A DNA stretch of 64,000 nucleotides from Bacteroidales bacterium (lineage in GTDB: Bacteria; Bacteroidota; Bacteroidia; Bacteroidales; UBA3663), in the NCBI GenBank assembly GCA_017561935.1, contig JAFZBE010000047.1, positions 19,680-83,679 of the forward strand, written 5' to 3'. This document shows, piece after piece, positions 40,984-50,600 of this stretch. Position 1 is the stretch's first letter. The number at the start of each line of letters is the position of its first letter. Under the pieces are notes generated by a model, which was not told the DNA's origin, did no database searches, and saw nothing but the letters and a program-made list of their open reading frames with translations. A program made the position numbers and the translations under genes.

Positions 40984-43509
40984 TCAAACTTTCGAACCCT
41001 TCAAACCTTTTTTCTTCTCTTTCGAAGAAAGCCTCCGATAGAGGAACGGCTCAACAACGTATGCAAACAGAACGGCTGCAATCATGCCCACCAATGTGGC
41101 AAAACCTACTGACTTGATGGCAGGATGCACAGCAAAGTTCATCGAACCAACGGTCACTATCAAGGCAAGAGCCGAGAAAAGGATGGCCGTCTTATGAAAG
41201 CCGAGGAGCTTGTTTTTGTGCGTATCCGCACCACCCTTCCCAATCAGGCCGTTCATCACGAAAATCGAGTAATCGACACCGATGCCGAAGATGAACGTCG
41301 AGATGATGATATTGATCAGGTTGAATCGTATGCCGAAGATGTTCATCGCACCCAGCACAATGATCCACGAGATGACAATGGGCAGGAAGCAAAGCAACGA
41401 GTTCTTCAGGTTGAACCTGAACGAAACCAGCAGCACAAGGAGCACGAAAGCCATCGAAACCCACTGCAGCACGTTGAAGTCCTGGCCAAGCTGGCGCAAG
41501 GTGTCTTGTGCATAGTAATAGGTGTCGAGCACCATCAGGTTGGGCTCGTTGGCCACAGCATCGCAGATGCGGTGATAGTCGGTCGAATCGCTGCGCACCG
41601 AGTCGAGCTCGCAATACACCGTGGTGAAGCAGAGGTATGAGCTGTCGTACGATTTCTCCATCAGCGTCGTGCGATATCCTTCGGGAATGAAATCCTGTTC
41701 ATAGAGGGCATCCGGCTCGTAATCGCGCGTGGCAGCTTCAAAGAACGGTTCGAAAGCCGAAGCATTCACACCCACCTTTGGTGCACATTTATTGATTAAC
41801 GTGCGCACGTTGGCAAGGCGTTCCTCGGTCCAGTAGTTGTGCCAGGCATCGATACGCTCCTGCTGTATCCGCTTAGGGATGAACAGTTCCGATGTGCGGG
41901 TATATTTGGTGACAAGACCGACTTGCTGCAACGAGTCGAGTTTCTCTGCCATGAGCGAGAAGTTCTCGATAGCCTCCTCCATCGTGGCACCGCTGGCAGC
42001 GAAATACTGATGACGGTCGCCCGAATCGGTCTTGTGGCGCACCAGCGCATCCGTCTCGGCAAGGTGCTTCGGCCAATAGCCCAGGTTGCGCATGTCGGCA
42101 TCGAAGTTGGTGCCTCCATAGATGTAGTAACCTACGCAAATCACGGTCAGCAGGGCAATAATGACCAGTAGAGGCTTGTTGCGGTCGATGGGATAGGCAT
42201 TGATGCGGTCGATGACCTTGAAGGCATGGCGGTTCATCTTGTTCTTTCTCTCGTCGAAGAACGGAGGCAGGAAAACCAGCGAGAACACCGTGGTGCCCAC
42301 AATGGCAAAAGTGGCAAACAGTCCGAAATCCTGTAGGAGGTCGGTCTGGATGAAGATGAGTCCGAGGAACGAGCCGATGGTGGTGATGCAGCCCATTAGC
42401 ACAGGCTTCACTTGGTCCTTCAGTACCTGTACGGGATCACCTACATACTTGTAGTGCGTGATGACATGCAGCACATAGCTCAAAGCCACGCCGAGCACCA
42501 CAGCACCGATGCCCAGGGCAAGAAGCGAGAACTGCCCTTTGATGAAGTACATCATCGCCAGGCCGAACACGGTGCCGAAGAATACTGGCAGCAACAACAG
42601 CGGGATGGTGTTCCAGTTGCGGAAGCAGATGAAGATGATGAGCAGCACGATGACCAGCGACCAGATGATATTGCTCTTGATGTCCTTCTTCAAGGTCCAC
42701 GAGTTATAGGCACCGTTGGCCGGCGAGCCGTAATAACCAATCTTTACACCAGGGGCCTTGGCCTCAAACTGCTGGATGTAATTGTTCATCCATTCGAAGA
42801 GGATAGCGCCGTGTCCCGAGTCAGTGCTCGCAAAACGTGGCGTGATGACGACTATGGCCACCGTCGAATCGGGCACCATCAGGTGGTTGTTGACAATCGA
42901 GTAGCTGCCACCCGCATTCATCAGCCCCTTCATCTGGTCCATCAGTACATAACGCATGCCGATAGGGTCCATCTGCAGCAGTTCGGGGAAAGCCTCACCG
43001 ATGAGGGTATTGGCCTGTGCCTTGTTCTCCAGCAGCTGATGCATGATGTGCGCCTCGGTCTGCAAGGTGTCGAAGCCAGCGTAAGCCGAGGTGTCGATGT
43101 AGTTGGGCATGTGTTGCTCCATGTAGTCGATGGCTTCGAACATGATGTCCTCGGTATGCACTTGGCTGAAAAGGTTGCCAATGGTGTGTTGACTCTCCGG
43201 ACGGCTATTGTCCTTGGCCTGAATGGAGTCGCAGAACGCATCCACCACCTGGCAGAGCGAATCCACACCAATGCCTTCGCGGTCGTGGAAGGCAATGAAG
43301 GTCTTGTCCTTGATTCTGAGGCTTGAGAAAGCTAGCTTGATGCTTCCGTCCTCATTCCTCGATGAAGGTAGGAGGCGCGCGACATCCTCCTCAAGGTAGA
43401 TTTTGGTCGAATAATAACCGAAGAACCCCAACAGCAAGGCCATGAGGATGATCCACACTGCCCTGTGCTTGTCGAAGTAATGATATATCTTGATGAAAAA
43501 GTTTGTCAT
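40984..43509 (-). CDS. MMPL/RND-superfamily exporter-like membrane protein
   Basis: 841 aa with two blocks of about 5-6 TM helices separated by large soluble loops. Confidence 0.7.
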   Translation of the reverse strand: MTNFFIKIYHYFDKHRAVWIILMALLLGFFGYYSTKIYLEEDVARLLPSSRNEDGSIKLAFSSLRIKDKTFIAFHDREGIGVDSLCQVVDAFCDSIQAKDNSRPESQHTIGNLFSQVHTEDIMFEAIDYMEQHMPNYIDTSAYAGFDTLQTEAHIMHQLLENKAQANTLIGEAFPELLQMDPIGMRYVLMDQMKGLMNAGGSYSIVNNHLMVPDSTVAIVVITPRFASTDSGHGAILFEWMNNYIQQFEAKAPGVKIGYYGSPANGAYNSWTLKKDIKSNIIWSLVIVLLIIFICFRNWNTIPLLLLPVFFGTVFGLAMMYFIKGQFSLLALGIGAVVLGVALSYVLHVITHYKYVGDPVQVLKDQVKPVLMGCITTIGSFLGLIFIQTDLLQDFGLFATFAIVGTTVFSLVFLPPFFDERKNKMNRHAFKVIDRINAYPIDRNKPLLVIIALLTVICVGYYIYGGTNFDADMRNLGYWPKHLAETDALVRHKTDSGDRHQYFAASGATMEEAIENFSLMAEKLDSLQQVGLVTKYTRTSELFIPKRIQQERIDAWHNYWTEERLANVRTLINKCAPKVGVNASAFEPFFEAATRDYEPDALYEQDFIPEGYRTTLMEKSYDSSYLCFTTVYCELDSVRSDSTDYHRICDAVANEPNLMVLDTYYYAQDTLRQLGQDFNVLQWVSMAFVLLVLLVSFRFNLKNSLLCFLPIVISWIIVLGAMNIFGIRFNLINIIISTFIFGIGVDYSIFVMNGLIGKGGADTHKNKLLGFHKTAILFSALALIVTVGSMNFAVHPAIKSVGFATLVGMIAAVLFAYVVEPFLYRRLSSKEKKKGLKGSKV

Positions 43510-43524
43510 TACGAATTATTATTG

Positions 43525-43914
43525 TTAGTTGTTAACTGCCAATTCCCCCTTGAGTTCCATATAGGTAGTTTCAGCATCGGCAATACTGGCCTGGATGATG
43601 TATGCCGAACTATCCTGGTTGGAAGTTAGCATCACGTTGACATCGACCAGAGGACAAACTTCGGGCGTGGCCACAGCCGTCAATCGACATTGCTTGATGG
43701 TCTTTATCATAAGGTTCTTGCCACTGAGCATCTCGGCACACTCGCGGATGGTCTCGATATTGCATACACCGGGGCACACCGGCTTATGAGGGAAGTGTCC
43801 ACGATAGACGTCGGCATCGGGAAGTAGCGCGATCAGATAGACGCCATGAAAGGGCGTCAGGATGTTCTCTTGCTGCACCTTGAAATATTTATCCTTTAGT
43901 AGCATAGTTTTCAT
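43525..43914 (-). CDS. FabZ/FabA-like beta-hydroxyacyl-ACP dehydratase
   Basis: YRGHFPHKPVCPGVCNIETIRECAEM contains the HFP..P..PGV dehydratase motif. Confidence 0.7.
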   Translation of the reverse strand: MKTMLLKDKYFKVQQENILTPFHGVYLIALLPDADVYRGHFPHKPVCPGVCNIETIRECAEMLSGKNLMIKTIKQCRLTAVATPEVCPLVDVNVMLTSNQDSSAYIIQASIADAETTYMELKGELAVNN

Positions 43915-43936
43915 TCGTAGGACATGGGTTCAACAA

Positions 43937-44362
43937 TCACTCGTCGGCCGTAAATATCTTCATCTGGGTGTCGGCCACCACTTCGCCATCCACGTTGGTT
44001 ACACCAGTGATGATGGTGATGCCATTCACCTCGGCACCCATGGTGACAGTGGTCTTGAGCACGTCGCCAATGGCTGGACGGCGATAGCAATGGAACTTCT
44101 TCACCTCGCCGATATATCCCACGGGAGCAGGTTCTCCCTTCACCACACAGCGATAGCCCGCAAAAGCACTGGCCGACTGAGCAATGTGCTCAATGAGTCC
44201 AGACTCCGACAGCAGCTGGTCATCCTCGATGAAGAAATTGTTGCCCCTGACGGCGAGTTCGGTCTCACACACGTCGCCCTCCACGCTGACCAGCGCATCG
44301 ACCATCATGATGGGGTCGCGCTGGGGAATCAGCTTCTTGATATCTTCTCCTTGATATAACAT
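43937..44362 (-). CDS. hotdog-fold dehydratase-like protein (second DH)
   Basis: LIPQRDPIMMVDALV...GLIEHIAQSASAF. It has the hotdog layout but no clear HFP motif. Confidence 0.6.
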   Translation of the reverse strand: MLYQGEDIKKLIPQRDPIMMVDALVSVEGDVCETELAVRGNNFFIEDDQLLSESGLIEHIAQSASAFAGYRCVVKGEPAPVGYIGEVKKFHCYRRPAIGDVLKTTVTMGAEVNGITIITGVTNVDGEVVADTQMKIFTADE

Positions 44363-44431
44363 GACAAATATAAGATTGCGCCCCGCGCACCATTGAAGGT
44401 TCGCAGGGCGCTTGATTACTAACTATCCGTC

Positions 44432-44674
44432 TTACTTCAGGTGGCTCTCGATGTAGTCGTAGAGCTGTGCGAAAGTCTTGACGGTGGGAAGGTCGGCAGC
44501 AGGAATCTTCACCTTGAAGGTGTGCTCAATCACTGCAACGAGGTCAACGAGCGAGAGGCTGTCGAGCTCAAGTGTGTCCTTGATGATGGCGTCGTCAGTC
44601 ATGACGTCCTGTTCAACCTCAAATTCCTCAGCGAGGACTTCCTTCACTTGATCGATAATTTCTTCACGTGTCAT
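44432..44674 (-). CDS. acyl carrier protein
   Basis: 80 aa with LELDSLSLVDLV, the phosphopantetheine Ser in a DSL context. Confidence 0.85.
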   Translation of the reverse strand: MTREEIIDQVKEVLAEEFEVEQDVMTDDAIIKDTLELDSLSLVDLVAVIEHTFKVKIPAADLPTVKTFAQLYDYIESHLK

Positions 44675-44692
44675 AGTTTTCTATTTTTTTAA

Positions 44693-45913
44693 TTAATAAT
44701 TCTTGATAATGAGTGTCGAGTTCGTGCCGCCAAAGCCGAAGCTGTTGCTGAGGAACATGTCAAAGTGTGCCTCCTGCGTCTTCGCAACGACGTTGATGCA
44801 AGCAGTCTCCTCGTCAGGCTCTTCGAAGTTGAGCGAACCGGCGATGAAGTTGTTCTTCATCATGAGGATCGAATAGATGGCCTCCGAAGCACCAGCCATC
44901 CACATCTCATGACCTGTCTGGCCCTTGGTCGAGGTCACGGGTACCTTAAAGTCGCCGAAGACATTAGCAATGGCCATGGCCTCGCGTCCGTCGCCAGCAT
45001 GCGTCGAAGTGGCGTGGGCATTCACATATCCGATCTCATGAACATCTACACCTGCGCTCTTCAAGGCAAGCTCCAGCGAACGCTGTGGGCCAGCCACGTT
45101 TGGCGTGCTGATGTGGTCGCCGTTGCCGCTGAAGCCCCAGCCGATAATCTCTGCAATGGGCTTGGCTCCACGTGCCAGCGCATGGTCAAGACTCTCGACG
45201 ATGAGCGTAGCCGCGCCACCGCCCGGCACGAGGCCATCACGGTTCTTGTCGAAGGGACGACTGGCCTTGGTGGGCTCATCCTCGCGAGTCGAGAATGCCT
45301 GGATGCCATCGAACGAACCAACCGACTCGGGGTTGACCTCCTGTGCGCCACCAGCAATGATGCAGTCCTGCAAGCCATCCTTGATGAGCAGATAGGCTAG
45401 GCCTAGTGCGTGGCTGCCCGATGCGCAAGCACCCGACGTGGTCAGGTTGATGCCGCGCAGATGGAACAGCGTAGCCAGATTCATCGTCACCGTCGAGTTC
45501 ATCGACTGGAAGATTGAACCCGAACCGCAGGCAGCGGTGTCCTTGTATTCGTAGATCTTGTTCACAGCCTTATATGTAGCCTGAGCCACCGAATCGTTGC
45601 CGAAGAGGATGCCCACTTCGTGCTCGTCAAGGAACTCCTGCGTGATGCCAGCCTGCTCCAGCGCCTGGCGGGTGGAACAATAGGCATACTGAGCCTCCTC
45701 AGGCATAAACTGTCGCTGATTGCGGAGGATGAGTTTCTTTAGGTCGGGCTTCTCGACGAAGGCAGTCAAAGCCGAGCGGAATCCCATGTCCTTACGGGTC
45801 TGGTCGAAAACGATACCTGATTTGCCGTTGTATAACGCATCTCTTACTGTATCCAAGTCATAGCCAAGGCAGGACCAGATTCCCATGCCTGTAATAACTA
45901 CTCTATTATTCAT
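44693..45913 (-). CDS. beta-ketoacyl-ACP synthase (KAS I/II-like)
   Basis: RVVITGMG, TSGACASGSHALG (active-site Cys), NAHATST, GHEMWMAGA, SNSFGFGGTNSTLI. Confidence 0.9.
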   Translation of the reverse strand: MNNRVVITGMGIWSCLGYDLDTVRDALYNGKSGIVFDQTRKDMGFRSALTAFVEKPDLKKLILRNQRQFMPEEAQYAYCSTRQALEQAGITQEFLDEHEVGILFGNDSVAQATYKAVNKIYEYKDTAACGSGSIFQSMNSTVTMNLATLFHLRGINLTTSGACASGSHALGLAYLLIKDGLQDCIIAGGAQEVNPESVGSFDGIQAFSTREDEPTKASRPFDKNRDGLVPGGGAATLIVESLDHALARGAKPIAEIIGWGFSGNGDHISTPNVAGPQRSLELALKSAGVDVHEIGYVNAHATSTHAGDGREAMAIANVFGDFKVPVTSTKGQTGHEMWMAGASEAIYSILMMKNNFIAGSLNFEEPDEETACINVVAKTQEAHFDMFLSNSFGFGGTNSTLIIKNY

Positions 45914-45952
45914 TTATATAATAAGATGCTATATTTCTAATTTTTTGCGGCG

Positions 45953-45960
45953 CAAAGATA
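45953..45960 (-). promoter_or_regulatory. -7 box (TATCTTTG) for the lipid cluster
   Basis: The plus strand reads caaagata, 40 nt upstream of the KAS ATG. Confidence 0.55.
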
Positions 45961-46085
45961 ACGCTTTTTTTCGTATTATCCTAATAATTTGTCGAAAATC
46001 GGCCGCAATTTCACAGAAAGCAAAAAAAACGTCTGTTTTTTATAAAAAATTACATCTATAATTTGCATTTTTCAAAAAGAAGTCT

Positions 46086-46093
46086 TATCTTTG
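46086..46093 (+). promoter_or_regulatory. -7 box (TATCTTTG) for ssrA
   Basis: tatctttg ends 11 nt before the GGGGCTGA 5' end of the tmRNA. Confidence 0.6.
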
Positions 46094-46104
46094 CACCCTC
46101 AAAC

Positions 46105-46498
46105 GGGGCTGACTGGCTTTGACAGCGGGATGGGCCTCTGTGTAAGCATGCAGTGAGATGTCACCTATCACTATAATACATGATGGCGAAATATAATTGG
46201 CGAGAATAACTACGCTCTTGCTGCTTAATCGAAGTATAGTAGATTGAAGCTTAATCGGCTGCCAAGGGTGGCTGACAAGACATCACCCCAAGGTCCTTGT
46301 TCCGAGACTGAGGAACCGGTGGTGCAGGTAAATCGGGACTAATCAGGGTCTGCCTCGCGGCTCTGGTGAAATTTTTGAGGATAAGGTGCCGCTTGGTGGT
46401 CCAGGTCTTGGCGACACCCGACAATCCAGGCTGGAATAAGCATGTAGAAAGCGCCGATACCCCCTGTTTGGACGAGGGTTCGAACCCCTCCAGCTCCA
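46105..46498 (+). ncRNA. ssrA: tmRNA (transfer-messenger RNA)
   Basis: The 5' GGGGCTGA pairs with the 3' CAGCTCC-A acceptor end. T-arm GGTTCGAACCCCTC. Tag ORF ggc gag aat aac tac gct ctt gct gct taa = GENNYALAA* at 46199-46228. Confidence 0.92.
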
Positions 46499-46500
46499 CA

Positions 46501-46538
46501 AAAATCCTACGCAGAGTACGTTCTGCGTAGGATTTTTT
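46501..46538. terminator. rho-independent terminator of ssrA (may also end the convergent minus-strand operon)
   Basis: aaaatcctacgcaga / tctgcgtaggatttt is a 15-bp stem followed by a T run. Confidence 0.85.
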
Positions 46539-46594
46539 GTCAACTAATCTTTTTACTAACCTTTTTTGTCAAATAGTTCTGACTATACCATTTT

Positions 46595-47617
46595 TCATTC
46601 TTTAATGATAAACCCTATGAGCCGAGGTCCGCTTCCTCCACCACAGGCAAGGAGGAAAAGAATGAAGATAATGCTGCCAATCCATCCCATCAGATAGACC
46701 ATGTGGCCGATGAACATCACCAGGAACAGGAAAGTGGCCAATGCACTCACCACATAGAGGGGGACATAAATCGCAAAGCCGATCAGTCCCGTCACACCCT
46801 TGTCGCCATCGATAAACATCGCGATAAGATGGAGTGCCAATCCGACGAAGAGAAGCAGAATGATCCACGGCTGGAGGAATGAGAAGAAGAAAAAGGTGAG
46901 CAGATAAAGGATTCCGCAGCCAAATACCGTAAGCGTACCGATATGTTTTGCGGCCGATCGCGCTTCATCCTCTCCCGCCAATCCGAAAAAGATGGATTGG
47001 ACAAAGAACAGGATGGACAGCATGACCAGCCAGAACACGATGGAGAACAACTCATCGTGAACGAAGAATCCAGGACTTCCACTATAGCCCAGCATACATT
47101 TCAACTCGTAATAGCCTAAAATGGCCAATCCCATCAAAGGGATGTATTTCCCCAAACGGAAGCTGCCAAAAATCTTGGATAATATCCAGCAAACCAACAA
47201 TACGATAAGCGGCAAGAAAAGCATATACTCGAAATAGCGGGTGGATTTGCTTTGCTCAATATGGATGCCAACGGAAGACAATGCATTCAGGAAATGTTTC
47301 TGAACGACCACAGCGGGATCCTTCACGTCTGCCTCGGGTTTTCCACCTACATCACCCGAAGTCGGTGATTTCCCTTTCTCCAAATACCTTGAAGCTACAT
47401 AGAATGTCTCGCCGGCATCATTCCTGCAGGTGGCCCATCCATTGACGATGGTATCCACGAGGATGACATCACCCTTCTTCAGTTCGCCCATTTTTTCGGC
47501 CGAGCCTTTAGGTGCTACCCTCATGTTCAGATTCGGGGAATTCACCACATAGGTTTCTGCTGCATAGCCCGCCATGCATAGCAGTAACAGTACGATAATT
47601 GTGACTAGTCTTTTCAT
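46595..47617 (-). CDS. signal-peptide SH3b-domain protein with about 6 C-terminal TM helices
   Basis: MKRLVTIIVLLLLCMAGYAA. YVVNSPNLNMRVAPKGSAEKMGELKKGDVILVDTIVNGWATC..FYVASRYL (bacterial SH3 pattern). Then long hydrophobic segments. Confidence 0.65.
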   Translation of the reverse strand: MKRLVTIIVLLLLCMAGYAAETYVVNSPNLNMRVAPKGSAEKMGELKKGDVILVDTIVNGWATCRNDAGETFYVASRYLEKGKSPTSGDVGGKPEADVKDPAVVVQKHFLNALSSVGIHIEQSKSTRYFEYMLFLPLIVLLVCWILSKIFGSFRLGKYIPLMGLAILGYYELKCMLGYSGSPGFFVHDELFSIVFWLVMLSILFFVQSIFFGLAGEDEARSAAKHIGTLTVFGCGILYLLTFFFFSFLQPWIILLLFVGLALHLIAMFIDGDKGVTGLIGFAIYVPLYVVSALATFLFLVMFIGHMVYLMGWIGSIIFILFLLACGGGSGPRLIGFIIKE

Positions 47618-47635
47618 AATATTATATTTTTGCCA

Positions 47636-50600
47636 TTAGTTTTTCAGTCCATCAATCTGGTTGAGCAGTTGCATGGTAGAAGCCATGTCGGCCTGTTCGA
47701 GAGCAACAAGACGTTCCTGCAAAGCCCTCTGTTTCAAAAGATATTCCAATCCCACACAGACCTCTGCCATATCAAGACGACCATAGTCGATAGCTGTCTG
47801 ACAAAGCATGCGCAGGAATTCGATCAACAGCTGGAAATCCTCGACACGACCTTTCTCGAAAACGGATTCATTGAGTATCGAGGCTATCTTCTCGCGATAC
47901 TCATCGGCCGAAGCCATATCATTATTCACCATATCCACCTGGGCACGAGTGGCATAGTAGTGCAGGGCTACGTTACGCACCTTGAGCGAATCGGGCATCA
48001 TCTTTGTCATCTTTTCGACCACCTCACCGGCAGATTTCAGGAAAAGAAGCGCCTTCGCGCCATCACCTGCACTCATTGCTGACACACGAGCCTGACGAAC
48101 CTTGTTGATCACAAAACTGCGCATCTTGTCGTCGTTATCAGGATCAGCATCAAGCTTCATTGACAGGATGTCCGATGCCGCCTGCAGGCTTGCCAGCGCA
48201 TCGGCGGTCTTTCCCTGCTTGTCGAGCATCTCGCCCAACTCATCGAAGATCAATGCCTTGTTCATCGGGTCGGGCTCGGCATCAGGCTTCTGACCAACCT
48301 TTTCCAATACCTGACGTCCAAGTGCTACTGCCTCATCGGTCTTGCCGCTTACCTTCAGCCGCATCATCTGATAATAGGCTGCCACCAGCAAATCGTCGGC
48401 ATGAAGGGAATCGGGGTTGCTCTCGAACAACTCTTCGAAGAGCTTGATAGCCTGTCCGGCACTCTGCTGGGCCTGGTCATATTCGTGGAAGAACTGGAAC
48501 AACATTCTGCCCGTGCCATCCAGTGCCGCCGCATAACGACGGACAACCTCGGGATTGCCTTCACGGAAACGCCGGTAGTTGTTGAAGACGGCATACTCAT
48601 GTTGCTTCTGATAGTAGAACGCGCTATTGTAGTCGCCATACTGCTCATAGTACTTGCTGATAACCGAATAGGCCAACGAATAGGCCGTAGTGGTGATAGC
48701 CGTATTGTTATGAGCACGTTTCATATCATTGATGGCATCGCGCAGCATCGATATCAGATTCTCGGCCGACTTGTGATCGCCATGATAGAGGTACAACTCG
48801 TTGCACAATTCGCCGGCGCTGCACAGGTTGTAGAAACTGAGCTGCAGGTACAATTCTGTTGCTGCATTACCATTCCTGTTAATATCCAGTATTGTACGGA
48901 AAGTGTGGAGAGCCTCAGCCACCCGTCCTGGCATATCGGCATGACTTGAGCTGTTCTTGCATAGGACGTTCCGCAACATCGAGGACAGGGAAGCAGCCGA
49001 TGCAGCCTCTTCTTCAGGAAGATGTTGCATTTGCCGATAGTCATCATAGTCGGGAATGGCTGCACCGAGAACTGCCGAAGCCTCGTCGGCCATATTGAGC
49101 ATCAGACGACCCATGAAGTCATCACCGGCCTCGAAAATAAGACCTGAGCCCTGGTGCAACAGCAAGGACATGGTATGTTTGCTGTTCACCCAACTGAAGG
49201 AATCGTAAACGTATGCCTCTCCTTTCCTGATCTGCCCGGCAGTTTCGGTATTGAAGATGCCCACTATCTCGGCTGCTGTCTTCTTATCGCCTGTATAGCT
49301 GAGGAACGTGGCAATATCCCTGGCAAGCACAACCGCATTGTCATTCCCGATATCCAGGACTTTCCTGAACCACTGGACAAAGTCATGACGGCGCTCGGAA
49401 AGGGCGATGGCGGCATTCACCAGATGGGGCCATACGAGAGAGGATGTATTGGAAAGAACCGCCTTCAGAACCTCTTCGGTGGGATTGTTGATTGCAATGG
49501 CTCCCATCTCGCGGCAAGCAAACTCATCATTCGGATTCTGATAAAGCAGATTGCCCATTCTGGCCGTGATATTCGCGTAGAAGTTCCCGAACGGCTCGTC
49601 ATCCTCATGGTGAACATACTTCACAATCCGGCGATAGCTCTGATAGGAAAAGTCAATGACGCCTGTACGGGAGTCGATCGTCAACAGGTCGCCCAACCAT
49701 CGTTTCATTGAAGAAAACTCCAACTGGTTCCAATAATCTCCCGCAAATGCCTGGAAATCCTGTTCACGCAAGCCGAAGCCGGTAGCAGCCAACAGGCGGA
49801 TGGAAGTCCATAGGAAACCGAAATTCATGAAACGGGCTGCGTCGTGGAGAAATACGATGAACAACTGTTCCGGATAAGGTGCAATCCGGCCCATCTCGTC
49901 GGTGATCTCCGTCAGGTAATTCTCGATGGCGGCATCTCCGTCGCCACGCATTCGGATCTGCTCATAATCGTAGGCTGTCAGACTTGTCAGTTTGCGTACC
50001 ATCAGCACATCCCATAACGGGCAGCCGCAACACAGTTCGTCATGCTCGGAGCGGGCATCCATCAGGTGATTGAGGACATTCTGCGGAAGGCTCTTGCCTT
50101 TCGCCTTCATCAATTCCCGAACAATCTGCCCACCTTCATCGGCATTGACAGGAGGCAAGAGAACCTTCGCGACATCCCATTCGGAGAAAAGATTCATCTT
50201 CTCGCTTTCTGCGGTAGCGATGAGCATACAGAAGTTCTGAAGTCCACCGAACATGAACTCATAGACATTCTGCATCAGATGAAGATCGTCGATGAGAAGG
50301 AGTGGTGGCATTTCAAGGTCCTTGGTAGCATGATAGAACTCCTCGGCCAGTTCACCGAACTCCACATCCTCGTCAAGACTGTAGCGGCGCTGTGGATGGA
50401 TTCGGGGGTCGGCAAGCCATTTTTTCAGCGCCAAAGCGGGAGTGTCGCCATAACGGGTAAAGTGGATGAACACCAACAGATCATCGACCTCCCCAAATCT
50501 TCGGTATGTTTCGCAGAGGAAAGCGGTTTTCCCATAGCCATAGCGGGCATAGATTAGACGGGGTTTCTGGTCTTCATCATATCTTGTCGCAATCTCGTTC

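Larger units (their letters stand above)
37444..45913 (-). other. nine-gene type-II FAS/PKS-like lipid biosynthesis and export cluster (aryl-polyene/flexirubin-like gene set)
   Basis: Co-directional KAS, ACP, 2 hotdog dehydratases, MMPL exporter, CrtI-like FAD oxidoreductase, ketoreductase, LolA-like protein and 4HBT thioesterase. See the individual CDS entries. Confidence 0.7.

Noticed and set aside
42412-43326. 304-aa plus-strand ORF
   Set aside because: It is antisense to the MMPL-like membrane protein gene.
46251-46543. Two minus-strand ORFs (82 and 66 aa)
   Set aside because: They lie inside the tmRNA gene and its terminator.
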